64,000 nucleotides of DNA from Lepidodermella squamata. Taxonomy: Eukaryota > Animalia > Gastrotricha. The notes under the pieces were generated by a model, which had not been told where the DNA came from, ran no database searches, and saw only the letters and a list, made by a program, of their open reading frames with translations. The stretch's first letter is position 1, and the number at the start of each line of letters is the position of its first letter. The stretch spans positions 3,162,001 through 3,226,000 of the forward strand of contig JBLDXI010000019.1 of the NCBI GenBank assembly GCA_047495785.1, written 5' to 3'. Below are positions 50,125-62,395 of the stretch, piece by piece. A program made the translations under genes and the position numbers.

Positions 50125-51609
50125 ATGATTACCAGGCTCGTTATTGTAGTTGTGCTAATTACTGATTTAACCACCCCTCAAATTTACGAAGTCCCGTGCT
50201 CTGTCCAATCGAGTGATGGCTATAAATGGGGAACGACTGCTGCCTTCATGGTGGGGTCAGTCATCGCTGGTGCTACCCCGCCTTTAACTTTATTAACCCC
50301 AACTGGAGCAGGCTCAGCAGTTGGAGCAGCCGCTACTGCAATTCTCCGTTTCTTATGGCCGATGATCATCGGTCAAAACGATCGATGCACGTCTATCGCG
50401 TTGAAAGAGATGCAGACCAAACTGGAGGCGCTTACCAATCAAAAAATTAGTAATTTGACCCTGGACGAAATACAGCGGTGGTTCGATGGACATGCCGATA
50501 CTGCGAAGAAGGCCTATGAATGGATTCCAGTCATCCGAAACGCTAATAACGATCAAGCGAAGCAAGACGCGTCTCTGGAATTCCTGAAATCGTTGAAGTA
50601 TCTCTACTTCTCCGCGAATGAGGCTAGGGATGCGTTTGTTGAAGGCTCCATCAGTCAAGCTGCGAGTTTCATGGTTCTCCGAGAGCTGGCCTTTCTCCAA
50701 TTTGGTGTAGCTGCTGAGATAATCGGCAGTAAGTTCACCCCTGATGTCATTAAGCGGAAATTTATGAAGGATTACGAAGAGGACGTCAAATACTATTGGC
50801 AAGCTGGTCATCTTGCGGTGGAGAAACTGGTCCGCTGCATGCCAAACACCGAAATTGGGAAGGCGAGGCAAGGTCTGTCCGCTCATCTAAGGCCGCTCTA
50901 CGACTTTGCGATTCGTTTTATGCAAAAGAACACATCTGCGATGTATCAGCGCCAAATTGTTTACAAACCTCTTCGCAGCGGGGATTTTGTGGCCCTGAGG
51001 CTCAACGACGGCCAGTTGACGAGTTTCGAGTCGATTTTCAAGATACCACCGCGGAGCCCGGCTGCTCAATGCCCAGCGTGTGGTTGGGATTTGTTCGACG
51101 ACCGGTATTCGCCGACTAGTGGCAACTTTCAAAAGTCTTGGGCTTGTAAAGATTCGATTTTCGAAATCGAACTAGCGTCACCGAGTGATTTTCAAGAAGG
51201 ATTCGCTGCGATACCTATTCGAACTTGCGATTCAGTGCTGTTCAAGTACCGGCATCAAAAGAAGTAGGTTTTAATCGTAACAAAGGACGCTTACCTCATT
51301 TGACCATAGTAACCGGAAAATTGGTAACTAGGGACGCGTTGATCTAATATCCATAGCAACCTGGTAACCAGACACGCTATTTATATTTACCTTAGCAACG
51401 CCGTAACTAAGGACGCTTTTCTTGTATTTTTCAGTCAAATCGTTCAGCAATCAGCTTTCAGCCTGCCAACATTTATCATCAATGCTTACAACGATACCAC
51501 TAATGCACAGTTGCCGTGCAATCGACCTATTTTGGACCGAGATCGAGTTCAGCTGACTTCGAGCTACCTACAGATTGATGCAATTCTTATTAAAGCCGAT
51601 CAAAGTTGA
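50125..51609 (+). CDS. Secreted Cry-domain-I-like / beta-trefoil-like protein, paralogue 4 (437 aa). Exons 50125-51263, 51435-51609
   Basis: Signal MITRLVIVVVLITDL. Splicing AA|GTAGGT...TTTCAG|T restores the family C-terminus (CNRPILDRDRVQLT...IDAILIKA). Most similar to paralogue 2. Confidence 0.87.
51276..51420. repeat. ~40-bp minisatellite (3.5 copies) filling the paralogue-4 intron
   Basis: Recurring GTAAC..GGACGC....CCATAG(T/C)AAC units. Confidence 0.7.
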
Positions 51610-51745
51610 CAATTTTTTATTAACAATATCGGAAGCTCATCGTTTTTTCGAAAATACTAGTTGCGTAATAAACTAGAAAACAACTTTGTGCGTTATTATT
51701 TTAGATATTCAAGCGATTGCATGTTGGACTAAAGAAAATAGCATA

Positions 51746-54505
51746 TCAGCAGGCGAATTCGTCATCGCCAAGGCGTTTGCTAGGCGGTACCAGGTGAGCC
51801 GGCAGTTCGTTGGGCAATTCGTGGCCCTCGAGGCGCAGTTTGATTAGGTAATTAGCCAGAGCCCATTCATCGTTGTCTAGATTGCCATCCCGGTCGATGT
51901 CTGAAAGCTTCCAGATGCGGCCGAGGACAGGGTTGGGCAATTTTGATTGTACCAGGACTCGCTTGGCCACGGCGCCAGAAACTTTGCCATCATCAGAACA
52001 ATTTTGCTATGAAAAATGGAAAAAATTATCGCATTCTTCAAAAATTAACTCACAAATAAACTAAATTCCCCAATCACTCAATCTTCGGATCCAATAATTA
52101 AAAATTATTTTTGAAAAAATCTGAAAATTTTGAAAAAATGAAAAAATGAGAAAATGCTGAATAACCAGCGCGTTTCGGTAAATTTGAAGTATTTGGGCAA
52201 AACTTGAGAAATTTACCTGGAACGAATAGTCGTATTCTTTCCGGAATTTGTTAACAATCCAATCAGGCTCATTCCGACCGGCGTCGAAGCCTTCCAAAGC
52301 CCCATGGCCGAACACTTGGTCTTTATTAGAGTTAAGCACACGGGCTGCAGGGGCACTGCTGCTATTTTGATCACTTGTTGCTGCTGCTTTGATAGCTGCA
52401 AGGTCCATAGCTGCTTCTTCTTTCGGCAGTAGCAACATCAGCTGAGCTACGTCTTGACTCAGCAAATCGTCAACGGGCTTGATGTATTTCGACTAAATTA
52501 AACAAAAATTATAAATATTAAAAATAAATATATTTGAAGGACGACTATTCGAATTTTCTATGGAGCTTATCATTTTAAGAATTGCGGTCTTTTCGGCTGA
52601 GGAAAAATTTATCAAAAGCTTCAAATATTGAATTAATGGTACATTTTTCGAATTGTTCAATTTTGTATTTTCTGAAACATTTGAAATTTCAATTTTGAAT
52701 TTTTAAAAATTACATCAGATTTCGGGTTTTTTTAAATGGCTAGGAAAATCTTCTAAATCGATTCCCAATCTTGATATTTTAAAGCCAATTAAAAAGTTTC
52801 GGAAAAGATGAAAAAACTCACATGTAATGAATGAAAACTTGTAAAATCTTGGTGCTGCAGATGTTCTCGCATGCGCTCAATATTTGGCATATCGCCAAGA
52901 GGTATGCCATGCTCGCGCGAAACCTTCTCGAAAATTCTATCCAAATTCTTAATCAAATCTCGCTGCTTCTTATCCTTGCCAATCACCGGCATCGCCTCTT
53001 TCAGCTCAGACATGATGTAAGCGTGACATTTCGCCATTCTCGCTCGTTTTATCAAATCGTTCAATTTACGCAGGGCCGCACTCCGCGGCAGGCTTTGTAA
53101 ATCTAGAAATAAATCTGCCTCTTCCAGTTCGAACAGCTTTCGGTTGTGGTCGAACAGGCGTGGTTCGTTCCAGAAGGAGCCGATGTAGACGCGGATGACC
53201 TCGGGCGTGGCGAGCACCTTGCCGAGCGACCACATCAGGGCACCGTAGACACGCATGAGTTGCTGCGCGTCGACACGGTCCGACTTGTTGAGCACGATGC
53301 GAATTTTATCCTCGTGGTGCTTCATCCGCTGAATGGTTAGGTTCAGCTCGTCGGAAATATCCAACTTGTGAGCATCGAAGAGCAATCTAAAAAATAAATA
53401 CCAATTGCAGGTTAAATAAGGAAAATAAAACTTTCGAGCACCAGAAAGGTTGGTTTTTGGGTTTTATTGCCAACGATTTCTAAAATTTAGCAGTTGGGTA
53501 TGTTGAATTATAAAATTATAAAATTGAATTATAAAATTGAAATTTCACAAAATTTTTGAAATTGTTGATATTTTGATGCCTATTTTTTGGAAATCTTGAA
53601 CATTTGATTACTCCCAATCGAAGCTTTAATTTTAAGAAAGTATCATCAAAAAATTCAATTATTCTCATAAAAATGACGAGATATTTATCTTAACCTGTTT
53701 ATCTAATTTCTTGGATGGCTTGAATCTTTATTTTAAACAAGTCCAATTTCTCGGAAAAAAATAGCAAATCCCGGTGTAATAGTGTCATCGCTATCCATCA
53801 AAAAAAATTCAGTGTCATGGATTTTCCTCAAATTTTTCTGAAATTCCAAATATTTCTGACCTTAAAATCCATTCTGGTCCGATTTTGTTCATTTTCTTTT
53901 AAATTTAGATGAAAGATGAATCTAGTGGGCGAAGTAAATTCTACTCACATGATGCGATCGGCTCGTTCGAAAAACCACTCAAAAATGGCGAAAATATCGT
54001 AATTTTCCGACTGCTTATTGCCCGATAGAATGCCAGGCGTGTCGACAAACGTAAAATTCTGCAGCAAATCGTTGTTAACCAGCGACGCCTGGAACCGGTT
54101 CAAGAAGCTCGTGCCAAATTTCTGCAAATTCGTAAATTGCCGCGACGCATCGCTGACCAGGGCGTGACCTGGTATGAACGAATTACCGCCCGTCTCCTGG
54201 TTATTACCTGGGTGCATAACTGCGATAAACCGGTCCGTGGTCGGCTCGACCCCGATGTGCATGCCCGGGTAGTCTTGTTCGAGGAGGTAACGGATAAAAG
54301 TTGTTTTTCCGGTTGAATATTGCCCGACTAGAACGACCATTGGCTTCGCGTCGAAATCGGCATCTCGCAACGGGGGCGAGTGAAATTGTTCGAATTTGTA
54401 AAATTCTTCCAGGGGCATCAGCTTGTTTCTGTACAACCGCTTCAGGCCGTCGATGATCGAGTCGAATGTCTCGATTTTCTTCTTCTTTTTCAGCGTGCTA
54501 AACAT
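51746..54505 (-). CDS. EHD1: EH-domain-containing ATPase (EHD/RME-1/Past1 family), 552 aa. Exons 54505-53949, 53386-52822, 52492-52217, 52006-51746
   Basis: P-loop GQYSTGKTTFI, EPTTDRF, DTPGILSG, LLFDAHKLDISDE, LMRVYGALMWSLGKV, and EH domain SKLPNPVLGRIWKLSDIDRDGNLD. Exons sum to 1659 nt, in frame. The symbol marks the family, not strict orthology. Confidence 0.93.
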
Positions 54506-57500
54506 TATTTTTTATAAATCTTGAAAAATCTAAAAAAGTAATAAAATTAGTAATAATTTATAGAATATTACCAACCAATTTAGTATTGAATTTTTTATTT
54601 TAAACAAAAAATCGGATAAGCTTTCTAAAAATTCTGAAATCCTTAGCTAGCAGAAATTCATTAGAAAAAACTGATTTTAATAAAATTGGTATTTTCCTGT
54701 GGTCGTTTTATAATGAGTTTAAAAAAACCCCAAAAAATTATTCAACCATGTAGGCCACACGCTTCCCTCACGTGGAAAAAATCGTGTTTTATAAGTGCAT
54801 TTTAGCCACTATCTCATGCGTAGTTTGAGCGTAAAAAAATTTAGGTGTTGTTAAATAAAAAAGTTGTAGTTTATAATACGGGTGTAGAATCAGCTTTGGG
54901 CACGGGGTTTTTACGTGAATCACCCTGCTGAATAAGGCGACGCAGGCCTCAGTTGTTATTCACCCATCTACGCTTTACCTTTTATGAATAAAATGTTTTT
55001 GCCAATATTTTGACAGAAAATTTGACCAGTGAAAAATAACCTAAATAAAAGCATATTCATAACATTTTGAAAAAAATCAAATGAATGAACAGGTGAATCA
55101 AGAAGTTATGTAATTTGAATTGGAGAAGGGACAATTTTTTCAAATAGAAGAGCTGTGGTTTAATGCGTGTGATAATTCCTGAGACGTATTCAGCGCATGT
55201 GAGTAATCGGCCTATATATGTGCTGATAATAGAGTTAAATTAGGTGCCGGTCTGAAGAGATTTTTTTGCTATTGTGTGCTCATCCTATTATTCACCCTAC
55301 ATTATAGTAGCCCTGCCATTATTTGGACTACCTGTGTGTGCATATAATATACTTATACACATCCTGACTAATACTATTTTATAGTCTGATATATACGCAC
55401 ATATGGATTTTTTTCCTACTCCGCTATTTTTGTTAGTTAATGATTGATAGCCAAGCTATTTTATAACGCGAATATATAGGAAATACGTGGTGGTAAAATC
55501 TGTGAATAGTTATAAGTACCTAGAGGGCATAGGTATACAAAACTTTCTAAAAGGAATGTTTTTCTTTTTTCTTGCTAGTAATTTCCTGTTCCGAGACAAC
55601 GTAATATTCGTGCGTAAAAATGCGAGATTAATCAAGCGATTAAGGTGGCGAAAAGCGCCTTAAATTAATTCCATAATTCCACATAGGGACGCGGAAACAT
55701 GAATATTACATGTTCCATATTCATCGTAATCATTAAGGTGACGCAGCTATGATGAAATAAATGTTTGTTATAGCAGGCAGAGCCAAGAAATTTTCGAAAT
55801 TATACGAGTCATTGAGAACGGAGAACGGAAACCAAACGGAAACCATTGAATGATTTGTGACCAACTGGCCAATCAGCACGCAGATTGTGGCGTTAATGTG
55901 ACGTTCACATTTCAGCTTTCAGCTATCAGCGGAATCAAAATGTTTAGGGATTGAACTTGCCCAAAATCGCACCCTGAAATGAAACTTTGCTATGGAATTT
56001 TACTTTAGTTCAGTGATTCTTGAATTCAGGTTGCCACAGTCATAGATCTTCTAATCCAGCATACAGCTTCATATATATAGGACGGCAAAGGAAAGAAGAC
56101 ATTTCTCAATAAAGCACGATTTGATGCAGTTTGCTCCGAGTTGACACATCTCGGGATCTGCAATCGCATTATAGGTACCAAATCTGCAATCAGGTACCGA
56201 AATCACCACCGCCTTTTAGGCGACACGTTTCTTCCGTATTTGCATTCTCCTGGGCCGATGTAGGGAATACCTTTCAAATTTGCTGTGGACTCTCTCCCCT
56301 CGTTGCTTCAGACTTTTTTGGGGACATCTAATTGCAGATTTGGATCAAGCCTATCGTCATTTCTAAAAACCCTTCGCATACATTTAACTTCCGTTTTCCG
56401 TCACCCCTCCAAGGTCAGATTCCTTAGGCAGCCCTGCCATGTACCGTGACCCTTAAAGTCGGTAGCCCCGCACAGGCCCCCGACAAGGGCCATAGAAGGC
56501 CATGGGAATAGTTAGCGCACGTAAAACAGACGTGACACTTGATACAAAACGTCGGATATAGTCGGTGAACGACCATGTGATTTCCACCGGACACTCATCG
56601 GCTGTGATATGCAATATGTAACATAGGCGGACATTAGTGACCCCACATTAATATAATAAATGGTCGGTCCCTTGAAGTCCAAGCAATAATAGCTTACAAG
56701 GTCTGACACTTCTCAAAAATTAGTATAATAGTTTGACGCTCATATGCTTAGAGCTTTTTAGTACAAATATAATTTCAGCATGCTATTAAAAGGAGACTTT
56801 CGGCCCGGTAAACTAACAATTAATTTGCTGTGCCGCCGCCACCTCCAAAGACATCAGACACTCTATTAAATAAAAATGTCAAAAAGAAGTCAGAGATTTA
56901 GACAATTTCATCGCGTCAATCAAGTCTGTGGCCTACTTATCGCTCGATGGCGATATCGAGGATCGAGGCTAATATGATTAATTCAGTTCGCGACAGAGTC
57001 AAACTAGATTCAGTTACCGTGTCATCAGATGGCTGATGGAACGTGAAAACCACAGAGACCCCCTACTCAATGTCCTAAGAAATTAAACATATAATTCCTA
57101 AAATGAATGTCGCGGGATCGGCCCCACTTTCACTTCATCGTATTCTTTTCTGGAACAACTGGAGCGGCAAATTGGTTGGAAAATGGGGGTCGCCAACATC
57201 ATATTTGGCAGATAGCAGTCTGCAAGCAAGCTAGAATAGCTTTTTGATGAGAAAAACCCAAGTCGTGGAGTTTTGACAACGAAAGAATTATCGTGAAGAA
57301 TTACTCCAATAGCTGAAGTTTCCTGATTCTTCTCGGTGGCCTTTGTGTGAATCTCACGATACGCAACAGTTACGATAAACAAAAATCAAAATGCTGGGGT
57401 CAAAACATTAGACATAAAACCAGTTCTTTCGCTTTACTTTGATTTATTCCTGCTGATCCGATTTCGAAATACCTTGCTTATTTTGAAATCCCATCACAGG

Positions 57501-57600
57501 TAAAATTTACATCAAGACAATTAAGTCAATAGGAGTGTTCTGAAGATTCCGTTATGATTCCGCCAAAATAATCTTTGATCGAACTTTTCAAGTCTTGAGA

Positions 57601-57976
57601 TCAGTTGCCAGCCATAATATCTCGAGCCAGCATCTGAGCCCAGATGTAGAAGCCGACCGTGTTCTTGCAGATGGCTGCCGAGCCAAGTTGAGCAATGCAT
57701 TTGCGCATTCGAAGTCGTTGTTGGCGAGCCCGAGCAGCCAGCAAAACGTCGGTCAAAGTTTTAAAGTCATGCCTTTCCACCAATGTTGAAACGAGGGTAC
57801 CTATCAATAGAAATTACTGATAAATCAATCTCATAACCAGTGAAAATGTTATTACGAAAAGAGTGGATCTTTTCCGATGTATTGTTCCCGGTTTCATCAA
57901 TAGGTAGTGGTGATGATAAAATTCTTGACACCAGAACGAAATAAACAAGAGATACAGAGAAGAGTAGGATGACCAT
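57601..57976 (-). CDS. Secreted prepropeptide, copy A (106 aa), with a C-x9-C 32-aa C-terminal peptide. Exons 57976-57856, 57800-57601
   Basis: Signal MVILLFSVSLVYFVLVSRILS, phase-1 55-bp intron, then RLRMRK-CIAQLGSAAICKNTVGFYIWAQMLARDIMAGN*. An in-frame upstream ATG exists at 58024. Confidence 0.82.
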
Positions 57977-59410
57977 TATTTCTATCGATTTGAAAGATAA
58001 GAATCGACAAACGTTCTTTTCCATCAGAACAATGAGAAATGGCCAGACATTTTCGCCTTATATGTCGCTAGTAATTAAGCTTCGACCTCAAAAATTAATT
58101 TTCCGTAATTTATTTATTTATTAAGCGATGATTAGTTGAGGGTTGTTTTGCAGTAATTGGACCATATCATGCTGGGTTGATTCTAAGAGACACGCCATTA
58201 CGAGCTATCAATAAAAGTAATCAATGTCCCGATAATATGATACTGATGAGGCTGGCAATGGCATGTGGCATTTCCGCGGACAAACGATGCTCGGATAAAC
58301 CGCGTTGGCAAACACCGCTGAAACATATAAAGCGTCTCTGAAACGATCTAGATGTTGACAGTTATGCAATACGACTTATCATAAATATTGTTAAGTGTCA
58401 GTTCGGACATGTAATCAAAAAAATAAAAATTAGGTTCCCAAAATAGTTTTGTGTTCTCTTTTCCTTCATCGTTCAGTTTAGGCCTAAAACCATACACGAA
58501 GCATGGAGAACATTGTCCGACCAATCATCACGGTGGAAACAGAAACCAGAAAACCGATAATTTGAGGGGCAACTTTTACTTACCTGTTATAGCGGACGTA
58601 TGCACGATAGCACCGAGCTATATCCAATTAGCGGTACTTAATTGCTTCCTCTCTTTGGACTTATCTCCGCGAATTGAAACAACAGGGGTTAGGTTCGCAA
58701 TATTTTTCGTAATACGATGAAACACTGTTGTTTCTTTGCGTTGCGTCCGCCTACTGTTTATGTTGTGTTGCTTCCATAATCCATCATGAACGGATGATGA
58801 GAAGTTTTTCTTCGGGTAAAATATTGTGACCTTTTTCAACTCAGATTCCGACGACTTCGCAATGCGTGTTGCCTGGTCCACGAACAAAAAATATGGTAAA
58901 GCCGATTCTAGCTTGTCATCTGCCACCCTGAAACTGACATGAACAAGATCGTGAATGGCAATAATGCTATCCTCTTCTTTCGTCCAGCAGTTTGAGAGTA
59001 TTTTTTTCTTGGATCGATCCTTGACAACATTAATCGGTTGAATTAACAAAGTTCAGAACAAAACAATTATGATTTTATTGACGCGCGTTTCATTAGAATC
59101 GTTAAATTTCAACTTCTCACAGCTAGATCGAGTCAAGTGCCAAAGCCCGTTCAGTCTGTTTTAGTTTCAGGTGATGTCGAAGATTTGGGAACGATAAGAG
59201 TTGATAACGGCTTCATTCGGAACGCTTCTAAAACTCGAGGAAAAGAACACATTTCCTAAATGCTAACTAATATAACATGTCAAAGTCATCTCACTGCAAA
59301 TCTAATTTCTAATGGCAATAATTACTTTCTTTCTTTACAATAGAGGGAAGGGTCCACAGTAAAGGGTCGAATGCCGTGAACCGAATACTTTTTGGGTAAG
59401 GAGATGTGGA

Positions 59411-59535
59411 TCAGTCATATTGAGACTTGGAAAGCTGATGTTTGCGTCTTCGCTTCTCCTCCCGTGCGAATCCTATCAATAACTTCTCCAATCCAGCCAC
59501 ATCCTTCGCTGCAATCATCATCAAAACCAATTCTT
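59411..59535 (-). pseudogene. Divergent relative X1 of the prepropeptide family (last exon only; upstream exons do not join cleanly)
   Basis: After an AG acceptor the frame reads ELVLMMIAAKDVAGLEKLLIGFAREEKRRRKHQLSKSQYD*. Homologous to X2, and aligns with the pro-region LVSMLVQQQDYRGLANL. Confidence 0.5.
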
Positions 59536-60311
59536 CTGTCAGAAATATAATTCAAAATGGAGCATTGAATCACCATACTTCTAGAGCCCAACTCGCCTGC
59601 TCCCAAGCTAGCCCATATTCGCGTTAGTCCAATAAATCTAACAAATAACTCGAACTTTTGACCAATCAGCTGTTTTGACTCCAAAATCGATCAGTAAGAA
59701 TAGCTCGTGAGGGCTTACATTCTTCATTCCTCATGATTCCCTATAATCACTAATATCATAGTTTCGTGGGCTATGATGAGGTCTTTCGTCATTAATCTGC
59801 GAGGAAATTATCGGCTTCGACGCCCGTCTCAGTATTGTCTAATTAAATAAGTGTGGCTTTCTGAATTCTGAACATCGGGTCCGAATAGAAATGGAGGGCA
59901 ATCCGCCATAAAATGGAGATGCTCGTACCTATTTATAGACAAATGGGACCTGAATAAACGGGCAAATCAAGTCGATGATTGAAATCTCAAAAGGGATTAA
60001 TTTGTCCAGTGCAAAGATTTCGCAAATTGGAACAGGAAATTTTTTGCGCTGATTTTTTATTTTTGGCGCCACTCATTCTGCGAAGATACAATGAATAAAT
60101 ATACTTTCTCGTTGAAAAACTTTAGAGTTTTTCGGCCCAATTTATAGTTCATGGTCGTAGCAACCTATGAAGTTGATCTCTTCGTCAACTTTAACAAGAC
60201 GTTTACTTTCATGATAAAAGATTAGCATGCGAGAATATGATTGTTTCTATTTAGATGAGTCTAACAACAAATGGAGTAACTGAATCTGGACCTAGAATGA
60301 AAAGACGTAAA

Positions 60312-60689
60312 TCAGTTGCCAGCCATAATATCTCGAGCCAGCATCTGAGCCCAGATGTAGAAGCCGACCGTGTTCTTGCAGATGGCTGCCGAGCCAAGTT
60401 GAGCAATGCATTTGCGCATTCGAAGTCGTTGTTGGCGAGCCCGAGCAGCTTGCAAAACGTCGGTCAAAGTTTTAAAGTCCTGCTTTTCCACCAAAGTTGA
60501 AACGAGGGTACCTATAAATAGAAACTACTGATAAATCAATCTTCAAAACCAGGAAAACGAATTATTACGAAAAGAGTGGATCTTTTCCGATGTATTGTTC
60601 CCGGTTTCATCAATAGGTAGTGGTGATGATAAAATTCTTGACACCAGAACGAAATAAACAAGAGATACAGAGAAGAGTAGGATGACCAT
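60312..60689 (-). CDS. Secreted prepropeptide, copy B (106 aa), near-identical to copy A. Exons 60689-60569, 60511-60312
   Basis: Same exon lengths (121 + 200 nt) and an identical mature peptide. Confidence 0.82.
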
Positions 60690-61448
60690 TAATATTTTAA
60701 TCGACCTGAAAGAGAAAAATTGTTTCTATATCCCAATGGAAATTAGTGAAAATGTTGATAAGCCTTAATCATTGAGCTTTGACCCTGGAAATGAAGTTGG
60801 CTAATTTTTTGTTGAATTCGAGTTCAGGGTCTTTTGATCTTAATTGAGGACATGGGATGATTTTTAGATACTCGCCATCTAGCGCTATGAATATAAGTAA
60901 TCGATGTCCTGCTTGGTTTCAGATGAGGCTTTCGAGGTGACGAAATGTCAGTTTTGTTGCTACATGACCTACGAAGCCGCCTTAAGTCAGACACACATCA
61001 CAGAGATCAGGAAAGCGAATTCCAGAACATTTTAGAGACAGCCATTTGGATAAGACAGCCTAATTTGATATTTGAGTGGCAGCGATACGCTATAGCTGTA
61101 CAGCACTATAGGTTCTTTTCGCTCAAAACCGAAGTTTTTAGGTCAGGCTCCATGACGCAATGCATATGCTATATGCTATATGCTATGCTATACTTCTCAA
61201 AGTATGGGTATACAACAATAAGAAAAACAATAAACGGCAAAAAACAGTGATGTCCGTGTTTAATTCACTAGCCCTCCTCATCCGCTTCGAGTAATGTTTG
61301 ACCGAGAAATAGAAATTTAATCATTTTATTTTATCAAAATTTAAAATTATTTGGTATTTTAGCGTATCTGTTAATTTCGTACGTAAGATGCCTTCTAAGA
61401 GCCCTTTTTGGCTTTAAGAGCAAGTGTTCATCAAGTTGCCCAGTTGGC

Positions 61449-61881
61449 TTAAGCGATGTAGTCATGTTGACGTCTTCGCTTCTCCGCACGTGTGTATGCC
61501 ATCAACTCCTCCAGCCCAGCTATATCCTTCGCAGCTATCGTAATCCGTAATCAGTGCCAACAATCCTTCTCAGAAAATCAAATTATCAATCACATTGTGT
61601 CAAGAAATCAAGTGATTAACGAATTAATCATGGGATGTTAAAACTACATTCCCACCTTGTCCTGTTGGAACTTACGTAAACCAAATTTAGACAGTAGCCT
61701 TTCCGGATTTCGCTGCTCCTTTTTAAACCCAGCCATGGGCGGCGTAGCTAGACGAAGGCCTGAAGATGCTTCCATTGAAAAGTGTTGCGTTTATCCCACT
61801 GCCGAAGTGCTAACAATCCTAATTCCTAATAGCAATGAAAATCGTTAGCGCGTGAAATAAAGCACAGACATTTCTCATCAT
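61449..61881 (-). pseudogene. Divergent relative X2 of the prepropeptide family, frameshifted
   Basis: Signal-like start MMRNVCALFHALTIFIA. The last exon 61568-61449 reads ..ITIAAKDIAGLEELMAYTRAEKRRRQHDYIA* once a 7-bp duplication (GATTACG) is removed. Confidence 0.45.
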
Positions 61882-62395
61882 AGCCTTGGTAATAAGACGG
61901 AGATTCTCGACAGCTAATTGCGACAGAGTTCTGATGACACCCCAGACTTCGTATTTAAGCATTCAGGCTGCCTCATGGACAAGCAGTTTTCTGAACTTCG
62001 TGCACTAATTAAGAACGAGGGCAGTTGAAGATAACGCGTAGATATTTAGACCCATAAATAGATGGTTGCGGCCTTGATCAATCGCGAATGCCTACTCGTC
62101 AGACTCCGCCCAAGTCCAGACAAGAATTAAATTCATAACCAGCCTGGCAATTGAAATCTCGGGCGTGATTCATTAGCCCATTAGAACATTAGATTATTAG
62201 GAACTGATTTACGACAGCAAATTACACGGAAGCGGTAACAGTTTACGATTAATAGCTTCTTGATCCGTGTAACTCATTTTATTCTTCGCTAGTAGAAATA
62301 CTTGAGCCTTTTGATCATTGGTATCACCAGCTTGAAGGAAATTACCAAGAATCAATCACAAGAAAAAGAGTGACCACCATAGCCGCACGAGCTAT

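Noticed and set aside
45483-51609. Bacterial contamination as the source of the Cry-like genes
   Set aside because: They have eukaryotic signal peptides and at least one obligatory spliceosomal intron, and are contiguous with intron-containing TSSK and EHD genes.
58618-59049. 143-aa minus-strand ORF
   Set aside because: It has a non-ATG start, no recognisable motif, no paralogue in the window and no clear splice partners.
60915-60950. Second hammerhead-like motif CAGATGA...GAAA
   Set aside because: The core is CAGATGA, not CTGATGA, and stem II pairs poorly.
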